Shown one piece after another: positions 52,304 through 62,825 of a stretch of 64,000 nucleotides of DNA. Position 1 is the first letter of the stretch. Every line of letters begins with the position of its first letter. The notes beneath the pieces were generated by a model. The model was not told where the DNA came from. It saw only the letters and a list, made by a program, of their open reading frames with translations, and made no database searches. The position numbers were made by a program, and so were the translations under genes. The stretch is from Candidatus Dormiibacterota bacterium (GTDB lineage Bacteria > Chloroflexota > Dormibacteria > Aeolococcales > Aeolococcaceae), in contig CAVPXI010000004.1 of the NCBI GenBank assembly GCA_963709585.1, positions 160,001-224,000 of the forward strand, read 5' to 3'.

Positions 52304-53013
52304 CCGCCGATTCGCTCAAAACCCGCCTGCTGCAAACGCTCGATGCGGCCTCCACTCGAGAGGCCGCGCTGCTTGCGCTGTGTGACGATTCCCCGCCGTC
52401 CGAGGCCGGTCGCTGGACCGCGAAGGACAACGTCGCGCACCTCAGCAGCTGGCGTGAGCATGCGACCCGTACCCTCGATGCGGTGCGCCTCGGGAAACCA
52501 GTCGAAGGACCAGCCAATGAGAGCGACCTTGACGGGCGCAACGCGGAGATCTACGAGGCTCATCGCGATAACTCGGCGGCCACGGTCCGTGCTGCCGCAA
52601 GCGACAGTTACGCGGCGCTGATCGAGGCGGTGAAGGCGTGCACCGACGAGGATCTGATTCGTGACCGCCCCGGTGACGGTGGCCCGGTGTGGCGTGTCAT
52701 CCCCGGCAACGGTCATGGTCACGTCGCCCAGCACCTCTCGTACTGGGCTGCCGAGCACGACGATCAAGCAGGCGCGGAGGACGCCGCGAGATGGGCATAT
52801 TCGCTTGACACCGATCTCTTCCCCGACAACCAGGCAATCGCCGACTACAACTACGGCTGTTTCTACGCGCGGAACGGACGTGCTGACGAGGCGCTGCCGC
52901 TGCTGGGAGCCGCCCTCCGGTCGCGTCCTGAACTGCGCAGCTTCGCGCTCGACGATGCGGACATCGAGCCCATCCGCGACGATCCCCGCGTGCAGAGCCT
53001 CCTCGGCCCCTGA
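52300..53013 (+). CDS. DinB/ClbS/DfsB-like four-helix bundle fused to a C-terminal TPR
   Basis: WTAKDNVAHLSSW, NGHGHVAQH; TPR YNYGCFYARNGRADEALPLL..DADIEPIR; ATGA overlap with the helicase gene. Confidence 0.78.
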   Translation: MTADSLKTRLLQTLDAASTREAALLALCDDSPPSEAGRWTAKDNVAHLSSWREHATRTLDAVRLGKPVEGPANESDLDGRNAEIYEAHRDNSAATVRAAASDSYAALIEAVKACTDEDLIRDRPGDGGPVWRVIPGNGHGHVAQHLSYWAAEHDDQAGAEDAARWAYSLDTDLFPDNQAIADYNYGCFYARNGRADEALPLLGAALRSRPELRSFALDDADIEPIRDDPRVQSLLGP

Positions 53014-53113
53014 TCGCCCCTCATGGACGGCTTTCTTCGCGCCTGAGTGGCTGACCCGAGAGGCTCTTGGTCAAACTTCGCAGGCCCTTTTCATGCCTGA
53101 TTCTTTCTGCTAA

Positions 53114-53131
53114 TATCTATTCAAGTAGATA
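53114..53131. promoter_or_regulatory. Putative GntR/YtrA operator
   Basis: TATCTA-TTCAAG-TAGATA inverted repeat in AT-rich DNA upstream of the GntR gene. Confidence 0.6.
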
Positions 53132-53158
53132 AATACCCTTAGCGGGAACCACCGGACC

Positions 53159-53551
53159 ATGATCCACTTCCGTCTGAACGCCCAATCGGGCGTGGCCACC
53201 TATGTGCAGCTGGTTCATCAGGTGCGCCATGCCCTGCGGTCTGGACTGCTCGAGCCTGGGGATCAACTCCCCACAGTGAAAGAGGTCGTTGGATCGCTCG
53301 CCATCAACCCCAACACGGTGTTGAAGGCGTACCGCGAACTGGAACACGCCGGCCTGGTTGAAGGGCGCCCGGGAATGGGGACCTTCGTCCTGCGCTCGTT
53401 GGAGGGTCCGCCTCCCGACAAGCAGGCTGCTCTTCGAAAATCATTGCAGCGGTGGCTGCAATCGGCATTCGAAGCGGGCCTGAGTCCCGATGCCGTCCTT
53501 GCCTTTGTCGATGCAGCCATACGCGATGTCACAGAGGACAGCGTGGCATGA
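53159..53551 (+). CDS. GntR family regulator, YtrA subfamily
   Basis: YVQLVHQV, GDQLPTVKE, INPNTVLKAYREL..GMGTFV; 130 aa; heads an ABC operon. Confidence 0.93.
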   Translation: MIHFRLNAQSGVATYVQLVHQVRHALRSGLLEPGDQLPTVKEVVGSLAINPNTVLKAYRELEHAGLVEGRPGMGTFVLRSLEGPPPDKQAALRKSLQRWLQSAFEAGLSPDAVLAFVDAAIRDVTEDSVA

Positions 53552-54453
53552 CCGCCATCGTCGCGACCGGGCTCGGAATGCGGTACGGCAAACGTGTGGC
53601 GCTCCGCGACTGTTCGATGGAGATTCCTTCGGGAAGTGTCACTGCACTTGTCGGCCCCAATGGGGCGGGAAAGACCACGTTGCTCCTACTCGCTGCCGGA
53701 TTGCTCGCTCCAACCGCTGGAACGATCACTGTTCTTGACCGGACTCCCGATCGGGACGTGGAACTGATCTCACGAATTGGCTTCGTTGCGCAGGACGTTC
53801 CACTCTACGGGTCCTTCACCGTCGCCGAAATGCTTCGCTTCGGTCAAAAGATGAACCACCACTGGGACCAGCAACTGGCCCAGCAGCGGATGGAGAAGCT
53901 GCAAATCCCCCTGAATCAGCAGGTCCATGAACTGTCGGGCGGGCAGCGAGCGCAGGTATCGCTGGCTCTCGCCTTGGGGAAGAAGCCCGACATCCTGCTG
54001 CTTGATGAGCCCCTCGCCAGTCTTGACCCGCTGGCCCGGCGGGAGTTCATGCGCGTGGTGATGGAGACCGCCGCCGACTCGAAGATCACGATCGTCCTGT
54101 CATCCCACCTGGTCGCCGACCTCGAGCGTGTATGTGACCACCTTGTGGTCCTGTCCTCGTCGCGCACTCAGGTCGTGGGGGAGATCGGTACCCTGTTGGA
54201 CGGTCACCGCGTTCTTGTGGGGCCTCATTGCGACTCCCGCGAGCCCGACATTGCGGGTGTCGCGTCCATCGTTGAGAGGACGGACTCAGAGCGCCAGACC
54301 AGCCTCCTGGTCCGCACCAATGGACCGATTCTTGATCCAAAATGGATATCCGAACCAGTCACGTTGGAAGATCTCGTGCTTGCCTACCTGGCACGTCCGG
54401 GTGCGACCGCGCTTCCGGCCCCGCGAGCGATGACAGAGGCGTCCGCGTCGTGA
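53548..54453 (+). CDS. ABC transporter ATP-binding protein
   Basis: GPNGAGKTT, LSGGQRAQ, LDEPLASLDP. Confidence 0.93.
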   Translation: MTAIVATGLGMRYGKRVALRDCSMEIPSGSVTALVGPNGAGKTTLLLLAAGLLAPTAGTITVLDRTPDRDVELISRIGFVAQDVPLYGSFTVAEMLRFGQKMNHHWDQQLAQQRMEKLQIPLNQQVHELSGGQRAQVSLALALGKKPDILLLDEPLASLDPLARREFMRVVMETAADSKITIVLSSHLVADLERVCDHLVVLSSSRTQVVGEIGTLLDGHRVLVGPHCDSREPDIAGVASIVERTDSERQTSLLVRTNGPILDPKWISEPVTLEDLVLAYLARPGATALPAPRAMTEASAS

Positions 54454-55451
54454 TGTGGTTGACGTGGCGCCAACATCGCGCACAGTTCATCGCGGGTGTG
54501 GTTCTCGGCGGTGTGCTGGTTGCCTTTCTGGTGGTCACGGGCTTGGGAATGCGCTCCACCTATGACTCCCTGGGTGTTGCCACGTGCCTGGCCGCTACGC
54601 CGGCGCGAGACTGCACCATGCTGTTCAGTCAATTCCAAAACCAATACTCGTCGTTGCAGTTCCTGATCCCGCTCTTCCTCCTGCTGCCCGTACTGCTCGG
54701 AGTCTTCTGGGGCGCGCCGTTGATTGCGCGTGAAGTCGAGCAGGGGACCTACCGGCTGGCCTGGACACAGTCGGTGACCCGCCGCCGCTGGACCGTCACC
54801 AAACTCTTCATTGTCGGTTCAGTCGCTGTGATTCTTTCGGCCATATTCTCGGCGGTATTGTGGTGGTGGGCAGACCCGCTGGTGGGGGACCCATCCGTCC
54901 AGCGCTTCAAATACGGCATCTTTGACTTACTCGGGGTTGTACCGGTTGCCTACACACTGTTCGCGGTTGCACTTGGTGTCGCTGCTGGAGTGGTGCTGCG
55001 GCGTACGACCGTCGCCATGGTGGCAACGCTCTGCGGGTTTGCCGTTGCGCGGCTGTTTGTGGAATTGGTGCTGCGCCCAAATTACCAACGCGCGGTCACG
55101 GCCGCTTACCCTCTCAGCTTCAGCTCCAAGACCGGTCCACCCGATGGCGCGTGGGTTCTCGCCGAGAACACCGTTACGGCGTCAGGGTTCGCCGTGAGTG
55201 GTGACTCCAACGGAGTCAGCCTCAGCTATGTCCCGATGCAGCACATCTGTCCCTATCTCACTCCTGTTTCGGCACCTGGTTCCGCGGCGATGCAGCAATG
55301 CCTCACCCAGAACGGAATTCACGTCGTCGCCACGTTTCAGCCGTACGACCGCTACTGGTTGTTCCAGGGGATCGAGTCCGCGCTGTTCATCGTCCTCGCG
55401 ATCGCGCTGGCCCTGTTCTCCATTTGGTGGGTGCGCAGACGGGTCCGATAG
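54453..55451 (+). CDS. ABC transporter permease
   Basis: MWLTWRQHR, GAPLIAREVEQGTYRLAWTQS, QP.DRYWLFQGIE. Confidence 0.88.
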   Translation: MWLTWRQHRAQFIAGVVLGGVLVAFLVVTGLGMRSTYDSLGVATCLAATPARDCTMLFSQFQNQYSSLQFLIPLFLLLPVLLGVFWGAPLIAREVEQGTYRLAWTQSVTRRRWTVTKLFIVGSVAVILSAIFSAVLWWWADPLVGDPSVQRFKYGIFDLLGVVPVAYTLFAVALGVAAGVVLRRTTVAMVATLCGFAVARLFVELVLRPNYQRAVTAAYPLSFSSKTGPPDGAWVLAENTVTASGFAVSGDSNGVSLSYVPMQHICPYLTPVSAPGSAAMQQCLTQNGIHVVATFQPYDRYWLFQGIESALFIVLAIALALFSIWWVRRRVR

Positions 55452-55457
55452 CCCGTT

Positions 55458-56255
55458 TCACGCCTGCGGCGGTGTCACCCGGAGGCGGTCGATGAACAAG
55501 CCCTGCAGCGAACGGCCGATCGGCCCCCGCTCATCGTAGAGCCTGCTGTGCGCGACGCCGACACCGTGCCGATCGACATCGGTGCTCGCGTCAAGGCAGA
55601 TCCATTCGCCCTCGGGCTGACGGTGCACATACACGGTCAGATCGGTGTTGATGAACATGAACTGTTGCCACGACAGCGCCGACGAGACGCCGTTGCCGAA
55701 ATCGGCCGCGGCAAGCGTGCGCTGCAGCGGCGTCGGCGTCTGACCCGCGATCAGCGGGATCGCGAGCCGCATCCACACGGTCGCGGGCCCCGGCTCCATG
55801 AACGACCCACGCGCGTAACGCATCTCGACACCGGTGCGGTGAAACGCGGGATCGTCACTCTCGGCGACATGTGCGGTCAACTCGGCCGGCCCCGGGAACG
55901 GCACCTCGAGCGGCGGCTGCTCGCCGAGGTCGAGGTCCGCGATGCGCATGCGCCACGCCGTCGCTCGGCAGAGTTCGGTGTTGCCGTCGGTGAGTGTCGC
56001 GGTCACCAGCTGGACGCGGCGGCCTTCGCGCTCCACGCGGGCGGAGACCTCAACGGGTCGGAGCGGCACCGGCCGGAAGATCTCAACGGTGATCCGTACG
56101 ACCGCCATGGGCGCCTCGGTCCGAAGCGCCTCCATGGCTGCGGCCATGAGCGCTGCCGGCGGGCCGCCGTGCATGGCGCCGCGATCCCAAGGCCCCCGCG
56201 CATGCTCGCTGGGCACGTAGCCGCGTTTGTGGGGAGTGAACAGCGCGTCGGGCAT
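55458..56255 (-). CDS. Thioesterase family protein (double hotdog, TesB-like)
   Basis: GPW..MHGGPP, FRPVP, ADFGNGVS, FINTDLTV. Confidence 0.87.
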   Translation of the reverse strand: MPDALFTPHKRGYVPSEHARGPWDRGAMHGGPPAALMAAAMEALRTEAPMAVVRITVEIFRPVPLRPVEVSARVEREGRRVQLVTATLTDGNTELCRATAWRMRIADLDLGEQPPLEVPFPGPAELTAHVAESDDPAFHRTGVEMRYARGSFMEPGPATVWMRLAIPLIAGQTPTPLQRTLAAADFGNGVSSALSWQQFMFINTDLTVYVHRQPEGEWICLDASTDVDRHGVGVAHSRLYDERGPIGRSLQGLFIDRLRVTPPQA

Positions 56256-56322
56256 CGCCGCATGGTGCACCAAGAAGCCCGTGAGCGGAACGCCACTCAG
56301 GCTGCCTGCTACGCTCGTCCTC

Positions 56323-57184
<862 letters not shown>

Positions 57185-57185
<1 letters not shown>

Positions 57186-58252
57186 TGGCCGGCATCGAGG
57201 TCACCGGGACCGCTCAACGGCGCTCCTGGGAGTCTGTGGGGCTGCCCGAGGTCGAGCGTGTTCGTCCCGGGCTCTGGTCGGTTCCCGTCCCGCTGCCGAA
57301 CAACCCGCTGCGCTACGTCCTCGTCTACCTGCTCGAGCTGGACGCCGGCGTCGCGGCCATCGACACCGGCTGGAGCACCGAGGAGGCCTGGAGCACGCTC
57401 GTGGCCGGGATGGCGGTGGCCGGGTATGCCCCAGCTGATGTCCAGGCGATCCTGGTCACGCACATCCATCCCGACCACTACGGGCTTGCCGGGCGGCTGC
57501 GCGAGGCCTCGGGGGCGTGGGTCGCGCTACATCCGGCGGACGCCGCGCTGATCCCGGCTCGCTACGGCCTGGGTATCGACGACCTGCTCGCGAACATGGA
57601 TGCCCTGCTCATCGACGCCGGCGTCCCCGACGAGGTGCGGACGGAGCTCACCGTCGCTTCGATGGGGATCCGCGAGCTCGTCGCCGCCACCGAACCGGAC
57701 GTGCTCCTTGAGGACCGGGTCAGGGTGCCCCTGCCGGGATGGGACCTCCTCACCCTGCACACGCCCGGCCACTCGCCCGGTCATGTCTGCTTCCACGATC
57801 GCAAAGGCAGGCTGCTCTTCAGCGGCGACCACGTGCTCCCGCGGATCAGTCCGAGCGTGGCGCTGCACGTGCAGCAGCCGATCAATCCGCTCGCAGATTT
57901 TCTCGACGCACTGCGCCGCGTGCGCGACCTGGACGTCGACGAAGTGCTGCCGGCGCACCAATGGCGGTTCCGTGGCCTGGACGCGCGTGTCGACGAGCTG
58001 CTCGACCACCACCGCCACCGGCTCGACGAGACCCATCAAGCGATCAGCGACACGCCGGGGCTCACCTGCTGGGAGACCACGCTCCGACTGCGTTGGTCCC
58101 GAGACTGGTCGCAGATCGTCGGCTACATGCGGCGCGCGGCGGTGGGCGAGACGCTCGCGCACCTGGTCCTCCTCGAAAGTTCGGGACGGGCGCGCCGGGA
58201 CCAGGAGCGGCCCGTGCACTGGTACCCGGCGGGTGACTCTTCAGGCGGATGA
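57185..58252 (+). CDS. MBL-fold metallo-hydrolase
   Basis: IDTG, THIHPDH, TPGHSPGH, GDHVLPRISP, VLPAH. Confidence 0.9.
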
Positions 58253-59689
58253 GGGGGCGCGGACGGCCGATCCCGGCCAGGTCACGCTGATCACCCCGGC
58301 GAGAAGCGCCACGGCAACCAGCAGCACGGCGACCGACGCGATCCCTCGTCCCGAGGCGATCACGAGCGACGTCAAGGCGACGCCAAGCGCAGCCCCGAGA
58401 CCGCGCGCCATGTTCAGCAGTCCTCCGGCCGCACCGGCCCGCTGCAAAGGAGCCGAGAACATGGTCGCCGCGTTGTTCGCCGCGACGAACAGCCCCAGAC
58501 CCGCCCCGGCGACCGCCAGCGCGACCACGGTCAGGTCGTCCCGGCTCGCCGGGACGGCAAGCAGCGCCATTCCGGCGGCCGTCAGGAGCATGCCGGCGCC
58601 GGTCGGCACGCGGGATCCGATCCGGTCTCGGATCGCTCCGCCCAACGGAGCCACGACCATGAGTGCCACGGGAAGCGCGCTGAGCTCGAGTCCCGCCTTC
58701 ACCGGGCCGATGCGGCCCGACCGCTCCAGGAAGATCGGCACGGAGACGAGGCAGCCGAAGAGGACCACGTACGAGAGCAGCGCCGCGATCGCCCCGGCCA
58801 CGAAGGGCGGGATGCGTATCGACGCCGCGTCGACCACCGACCCGATCGCGCTCCGCTGTCGCATCACCGCGCCGACAACCAGGATGCAGGTGAGGCCGAT
58901 GAGAACAGGCTCGGCCCACACCGGCGTCCCCGATTGGGCGGCGAAGGACAGGGCTGCGAGAACCGCCGCCGGGATAGCCGCGAGGAGCAGGGTGCCGTAG
59001 GGATCGATGCGGCTGTCCGGGTCGTGCTGCGTGCTCCTCGGCAGCAGAAACCATCCCAGCGCCAGGCCGATCAGACCGATCGGGATGTTGACCAGAAAGA
59101 TCAGACGCCAGCCACCGAGCGCGGTGAGCACGCCGCCGAGGGCCGGCCCGACGCTGAGGCCGGCCGCCTGCGCCGCGCCCTGAACGCCCAGCCCGGTGCC
59201 GAGCCGAGAGGGGGGAAGCACGTCGCGGATCAGCGCGAACGAGTTCGCCTGGAGCATCACGGCGCCGATCGCCTGCACGAGTCTGGCCAGCACGAGGATG
59301 CCGAGCGACGGAGCGACCGCGCAGGCGGCAGACCCTGCCACGAAGATGCCGAAGCCATAGGTGTAGAGCAGCTTCCGACCGACCCGATCGGCGATCCTGC
59401 CCACCGCCGCAACCGTCCCCGCGAGGACGAGCACGTACACGAGCACCACCCATTCGACACTGGCGATGGATCCGTGTAGGTTTTTCCCGATGACCGGAAG
59501 GGCTGTGGACACGATGCTGGCGTCGAGCTGGCCCATGAAGGCGCCGACGCAGACCGTCCCCACCGCGAGCCACGGGGCGGCGTGCAATGCCCTGATGCGC
59601 GCCGGACGTCGCGGTTCGGTGAGGATGCGTGGGGTGGCGCGGCGCGGTCCCTCGGGCTCAGACACGGGTGGTCGGGCCTCCGCGCTCAA
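58241..59689 (-). CDS. MFS drug:H+ antiporter (DHA2/EmrB family)
   Basis: MGQLDASIVSTALP, GRIADRVGRK, WRLIFLVNIPIG. Confidence 0.92.
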   Translation of the reverse strand: MSAEARPPVSEPEGPRRATPRILTEPRRPARIRALHAAPWLAVGTVCVGAFMGQLDASIVSTALPVIGKNLHGSIASVEWVVLVYVLVLAGTVAAVGRIADRVGRKLLYTYGFGIFVAGSAACAVAPSLGILVLARLVQAIGAVMLQANSFALIRDVLPPSRLGTGLGVQGAAQAAGLSVGPALGGVLTALGGWRLIFLVNIPIGLIGLALGWFLLPRSTQHDPDSRIDPYGTLLLAAIPAAVLAALSFAAQSGTPVWAEPVLIGLTCILVVGAVMRQRSAIGSVVDAASIRIPPFVAGAIAALLSYVVLFGCLVSVPIFLERSGRIGPVKAGLELSALPVALMVVAPLGGAIRDRIGSRVPTGAGMLLTAAGMALLAVPASRDDLTVVALAVAGAGLGLFVAANNAATMFSAPLQRAGAAGGLLNMARGLGAALGVALTSLVIASGRGIASVAVLLVAVALLAGVISVTWPGSAVRAPSSA

Positions 59690-59866
59690 TCCGGGCCGGT
59701 GTGACCGCCATCACCCCATCATCCAGCACGGCAGCGCCCTCGACCGCGCGGTCCGGCGGCACATGTCTCCACCCGGTGACGGAACGATGGTCGCCGAGAT
59801 CAGACCGCTCTGGCGCTCCGATACTGCGATGACCCACCTGTCCACGCGCCCGGGAGGCCGCAACCC

Positions 59867-60256
59867 TTGACCCAGCAGCGCATCCTTCTCGCTGACGACG
59901 AACCGCGCCTCCTGCATGTGGTCGGTCTGTATCTCAGCATGGAAGGATTCGAGGTGCGAGAGGCGTCGGATGGGACCGAGGCGCTGTCGATGCTCGAGAC
60001 CGAAGAGTTCGACCTCGCCATCCTCGATGTGATGATGCCGGGGGTCGACGGGATCGAGGTGTGCCGGCACATCCGCTCGCAGCCGGGCACGCAGTCGATG
60101 CCGGTTCTGGTGTTCACCTCACTTTCCTCGGACAAGGATGTGGAGCGGGCCCGTCTGGCCGGCGCGAATCACCTGATCACCAAGCCGTTCAGCCTGCCGG
60201 GGCTCGGGGCGGTGGTTCGCTCGTGCTTCGAGGACGCCCCAGCGCTCACCGGCTGA
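59867..60256 (+). CDS. Single-domain response regulator (receiver only)
   Basis: ILLADDE, ILDVMMPGVDG, FTS, ITKPF. Confidence 0.9.
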   Translation: MTQQRILLADDEPRLLHVVGLYLSMEGFEVREASDGTEALSMLETEEFDLAILDVMMPGVDGIEVCRHIRSQPGTQSMPVLVFTSLSSDKDVERARLAGANHLITKPFSLPGLGAVVRSCFEDAPALTG

Positions 60257-60298
60257 CAGCGCCCGCGCGCTCGCTTTGTCGCCAGGCGCCGCCCGGCC

Positions 60299-61060
60299 TC
60301 AGGCGATCGCCCGGCTGAAGCGCCGCGCGCCCACCAGGACTCCGACGACCGCCAGCGCGGCCATGATTGCGAGGCCCTTGAAGACGTCGGGGTCCGAGCC
60401 GTGCCCGTTGAAGACATCGCGAGCGGCAGTGACGGCGTAGGAGAGCGGGTTCGCCTGCGCGACGTGCTGCAGCCACTCGGGTGCGAGCTGCAGGGGGAGC
60501 AGCACGCCGCTGAGGAGCAGCAGCGGCAGCGAGAGCGTGAAGATGAGCGGCGCGTAGGAATCCTCGCTCTTCAGCGCGAGCGCGGCCGCGTAGGCGAGCG
60601 ACGACATGCCGAGACCGATGAGCGCGACCAGTCCGAGCATGACGAAAACGCCTGACACGGTCGGTTGCAGGCCGAAGGGAATCGACAGCAGCAGCAGGAT
60701 CATCGATTGCACCACTAGCGTCAGGATGTCGCGGAGCGCGCGCCCGAGAAGGAGTGCGAACCGGCTCACCGGCGTCACCCGGAAGCGCTCGATGACACCG
60801 GCACGCAGCTCCGCGATCAGTCCGAAGCCGACGCCGCTCGCGCCGAACAGCCCGAGCTGGATGAGCAGCCCCGGGACGAACACGTTGTACGCACCCCCGG
60901 ATGGGAAGCCGCGCGTCTCGGTCAACGATTTGAGCAGGGGTGCGAAGAGGACCAGGTAGAGCACCGGCTGGAGCACGCCGATCGCAACCCACGCCGGGTT
61001 GCGCAGGAACACGAAGAGATATCGCTGGAACATCAGCCACGTGTCTTTGAGGAATTTCAT
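60299..61060 (-). CDS. ABC-2 permease (DrrB-like)
   Basis: QPVLYLVLF, ERFRVTPVSR, LSGVLLP, NPLSYAV. Confidence 0.9.
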   Translation of the reverse strand: MKFLKDTWLMFQRYLFVFLRNPAWVAIGVLQPVLYLVLFAPLLKSLTETRGFPSGGAYNVFVPGLLIQLGLFGASGVGFGLIAELRAGVIERFRVTPVSRFALLLGRALRDILTLVVQSMILLLLSIPFGLQPTVSGVFVMLGLVALIGLGMSSLAYAAALALKSEDSYAPLIFTLSLPLLLLSGVLLPLQLAPEWLQHVAQANPLSYAVTAARDVFNGHGSDPDVFKGLAIMAALAVVGVLVGARRFSRAIA

Positions 61061-61072
61061 GTCGATGCGCTC

Positions 61073-62017
61073 CTATGCCGCGTCGCGCAGCGAACGCCCG
61101 GTCTGACGCAGAAACACGTCGTCGAGGCTTGGACGGGTCAGCGACAGCGACGCGAGGGCGATGCCCTCGGCGTCGAGCGCGCGAAGGATCTGCGGCATCG
61201 CAGTCTCGCCCCGGTCGACGTAGAGGCGGACGACGCCGTCTCCCGAGGTGGCTTCGCGGACGAACGCCTGGCCGCGCAGCAGCTGGAGCACCTGGTCGCT
61301 CGCGTTGTCGGTGCCCACGATGACCACGTCGCCGGCGACCTGGCGCTTCAGCTCGTCGGGTGTGCCGAGGGCGACGATCCTGCCGTGATCGATGATCGCG
61401 ATGCGGTCGCAGAGCGCGTCGGCTTCCTCGAGGTAATGGGTCGTGAGGAAGACGGTCGTTCCGGTGTCGCGCAGTGCGCGCACCTCGTCCCACATCCGAG
61501 CCCTGCTCTGCGGATCGAGCCCCGTGGTGGGCTCGTCCAGGAACAGCAGTTGGGGCAGGTGCATAAGGCCGATCCCGATGTCGAGCCGGCGTTTCTGTCC
61601 GCCCGAATATGTCTTTGTCGGCCTGTCCGCGCAGTCGGCGAGCTCGAGCGCGGTGATGAGCTCGGCGGCCCGCTGCTGGGCTCGCGCCTTGGTCATGCCG
61701 TAGAGCCGGCCCTGAATGATCAGCTCGGCGCGACCCGGAATCTCAGGCGCGCTGCTCCCCTCCTGACTCACGTAGCCGATCTCGTAACGCACCTTGGCCG
61801 GGGCGTGGAGGAGGTCGAAGCCCGCGACCGTCGCCTCGCCACTGGTCGGCGGCAACAGCGTCGAAAGCATGCGCAGCGTCGTCGTCTTGCCCGCGCCGTT
61901 GGGCCCGAGAAATCCGAAGATCTCGCCCTTCCTGACGTCGAGGTCGACTCCGGCGACGGCTTCCACAGCTCCCTTGCGCGACTTGAAGGTCTTGCGCAGA
62001 TTGTGGGTCTCAATCAA
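61073..62017 (-). CDS. ABC ATP-binding protein (DrrA-like)
   Basis: GPNGAGKTT, YSGGQKRRLD, LDEPTTGLDP, PSLDDVFLRQTG. Confidence 0.93.
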   Translation of the reverse strand: MIETHNLRKTFKSRKGAVEAVAGVDLDVRKGEIFGFLGPNGAGKTTTLRMLSTLLPPTSGEATVAGFDLLHAPAKVRYEIGYVSQEGSSAPEIPGRAELIIQGRLYGMTKARAQQRAAELITALELADCADRPTKTYSGGQKRRLDIGIGLMHLPQLLFLDEPTTGLDPQSRARMWDEVRALRDTGTTVFLTTHYLEEADALCDRIAIIDHGRIVALGTPDELKRQVAGDVVIVGTDNASDQVLQLLRGQAFVREATSGDGVVRLYVDRGETAMPQILRALDAEGIALASLSLTRPSLDDVFLRQTGRSLRDAA

Positions 62018-62086
62018 TTCGTGTCCCCTCCGGGATCGCGCCCTTGCGCGATTTGAAAGTCTTTCGCTGGCCGCTGATCTGAATGA

Positions 62087-62777
62087 TCAATTCGTATTCC
62101 CCGCCGGAGACGTGTGGAGCAGCTTGGCGAGGTGGTTTTCCCGATGGCGATTGCGACGCTCCGAGTCGGCGGCGTGCATCGCCTCGAAATGCGCTCGGAT
62201 CAGCTCCTCGTTCCACACGAGCGCGCCGGACTGCATGTCCGCGGTGATGGAGTCGGATCCACTCGATCTCGGCCGCGGCGAGGGCGATCGCATGCTCCAG
62301 CTCGAGCAGCACGAGCCTCGGAAGGCCAAGGTCGTCCTGGGCCATCCTGAGGGTGGCCTCGAGGCCGGTCACCCGTACCCGGAGGCTGACGGTGCGGCTT
62401 GCCAGCGCAATCTCTGCGCGCTCCTGGGTGATGTAGCCGAGGAGGCCGACAGCGACGCGGAACACGGGCGTCTCATCGACAGGCGTCGAGAGCAGGTCGG
62501 CAAGCCAGTTCTCGAGCTCCTCGCTGCCCTCGGGCGTGATCCGGTAGACGGTGCGCTCCGGTCGCCGGCCCTCGCGGCTCGTCTCGATCGGCTCGATGTA
62601 CCCGGCCAACTCCAACTCCTCGATCGCCCGGTAGAGGGTCCGGGTCTTGCCCACTGCGTACGCCTTGTGGCGCTCCTTGAGCAGGCGCTGGATCTCGTAC
62701 GGATGGCAGGGCTGCTCGCTGAGCAGGCCGAGCGTGGTCAGGGCCACCATGTCTTTGGGCTGTGTGCGGATTTCCAT
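62087..62777 (-). CDS. PadR family transcriptional regulator, frameshifted near 62255
   Basis: LGLLSEQPCHPYEI, LYRAIEEL, GRRPERTVYRITPEG. Confidence 0.87.
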
Positions 62778-62794
62778 ATTGCGAATCGCACTAT
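62776..62794. promoter_or_regulatory. Putative PadR operator overlapping the -10 element
   Basis: ATATTGCGAATCGCACTAT near-perfect 19-bp palindrome; TATAGT -10 on the minus strand at 62790-62795. Confidence 0.6.
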
Positions 62795-62825
62795 AGCACG
62801 ACGCAATGAGCGCGATGAAAGGCGC

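Noticed and set aside
59829-59870. 13-codon upstream ORF overlapping the TTG of the response regulator
   Set aside because: It could equally be the true N-terminus displaced by an indel at CAACCC, and there are no attenuator features.
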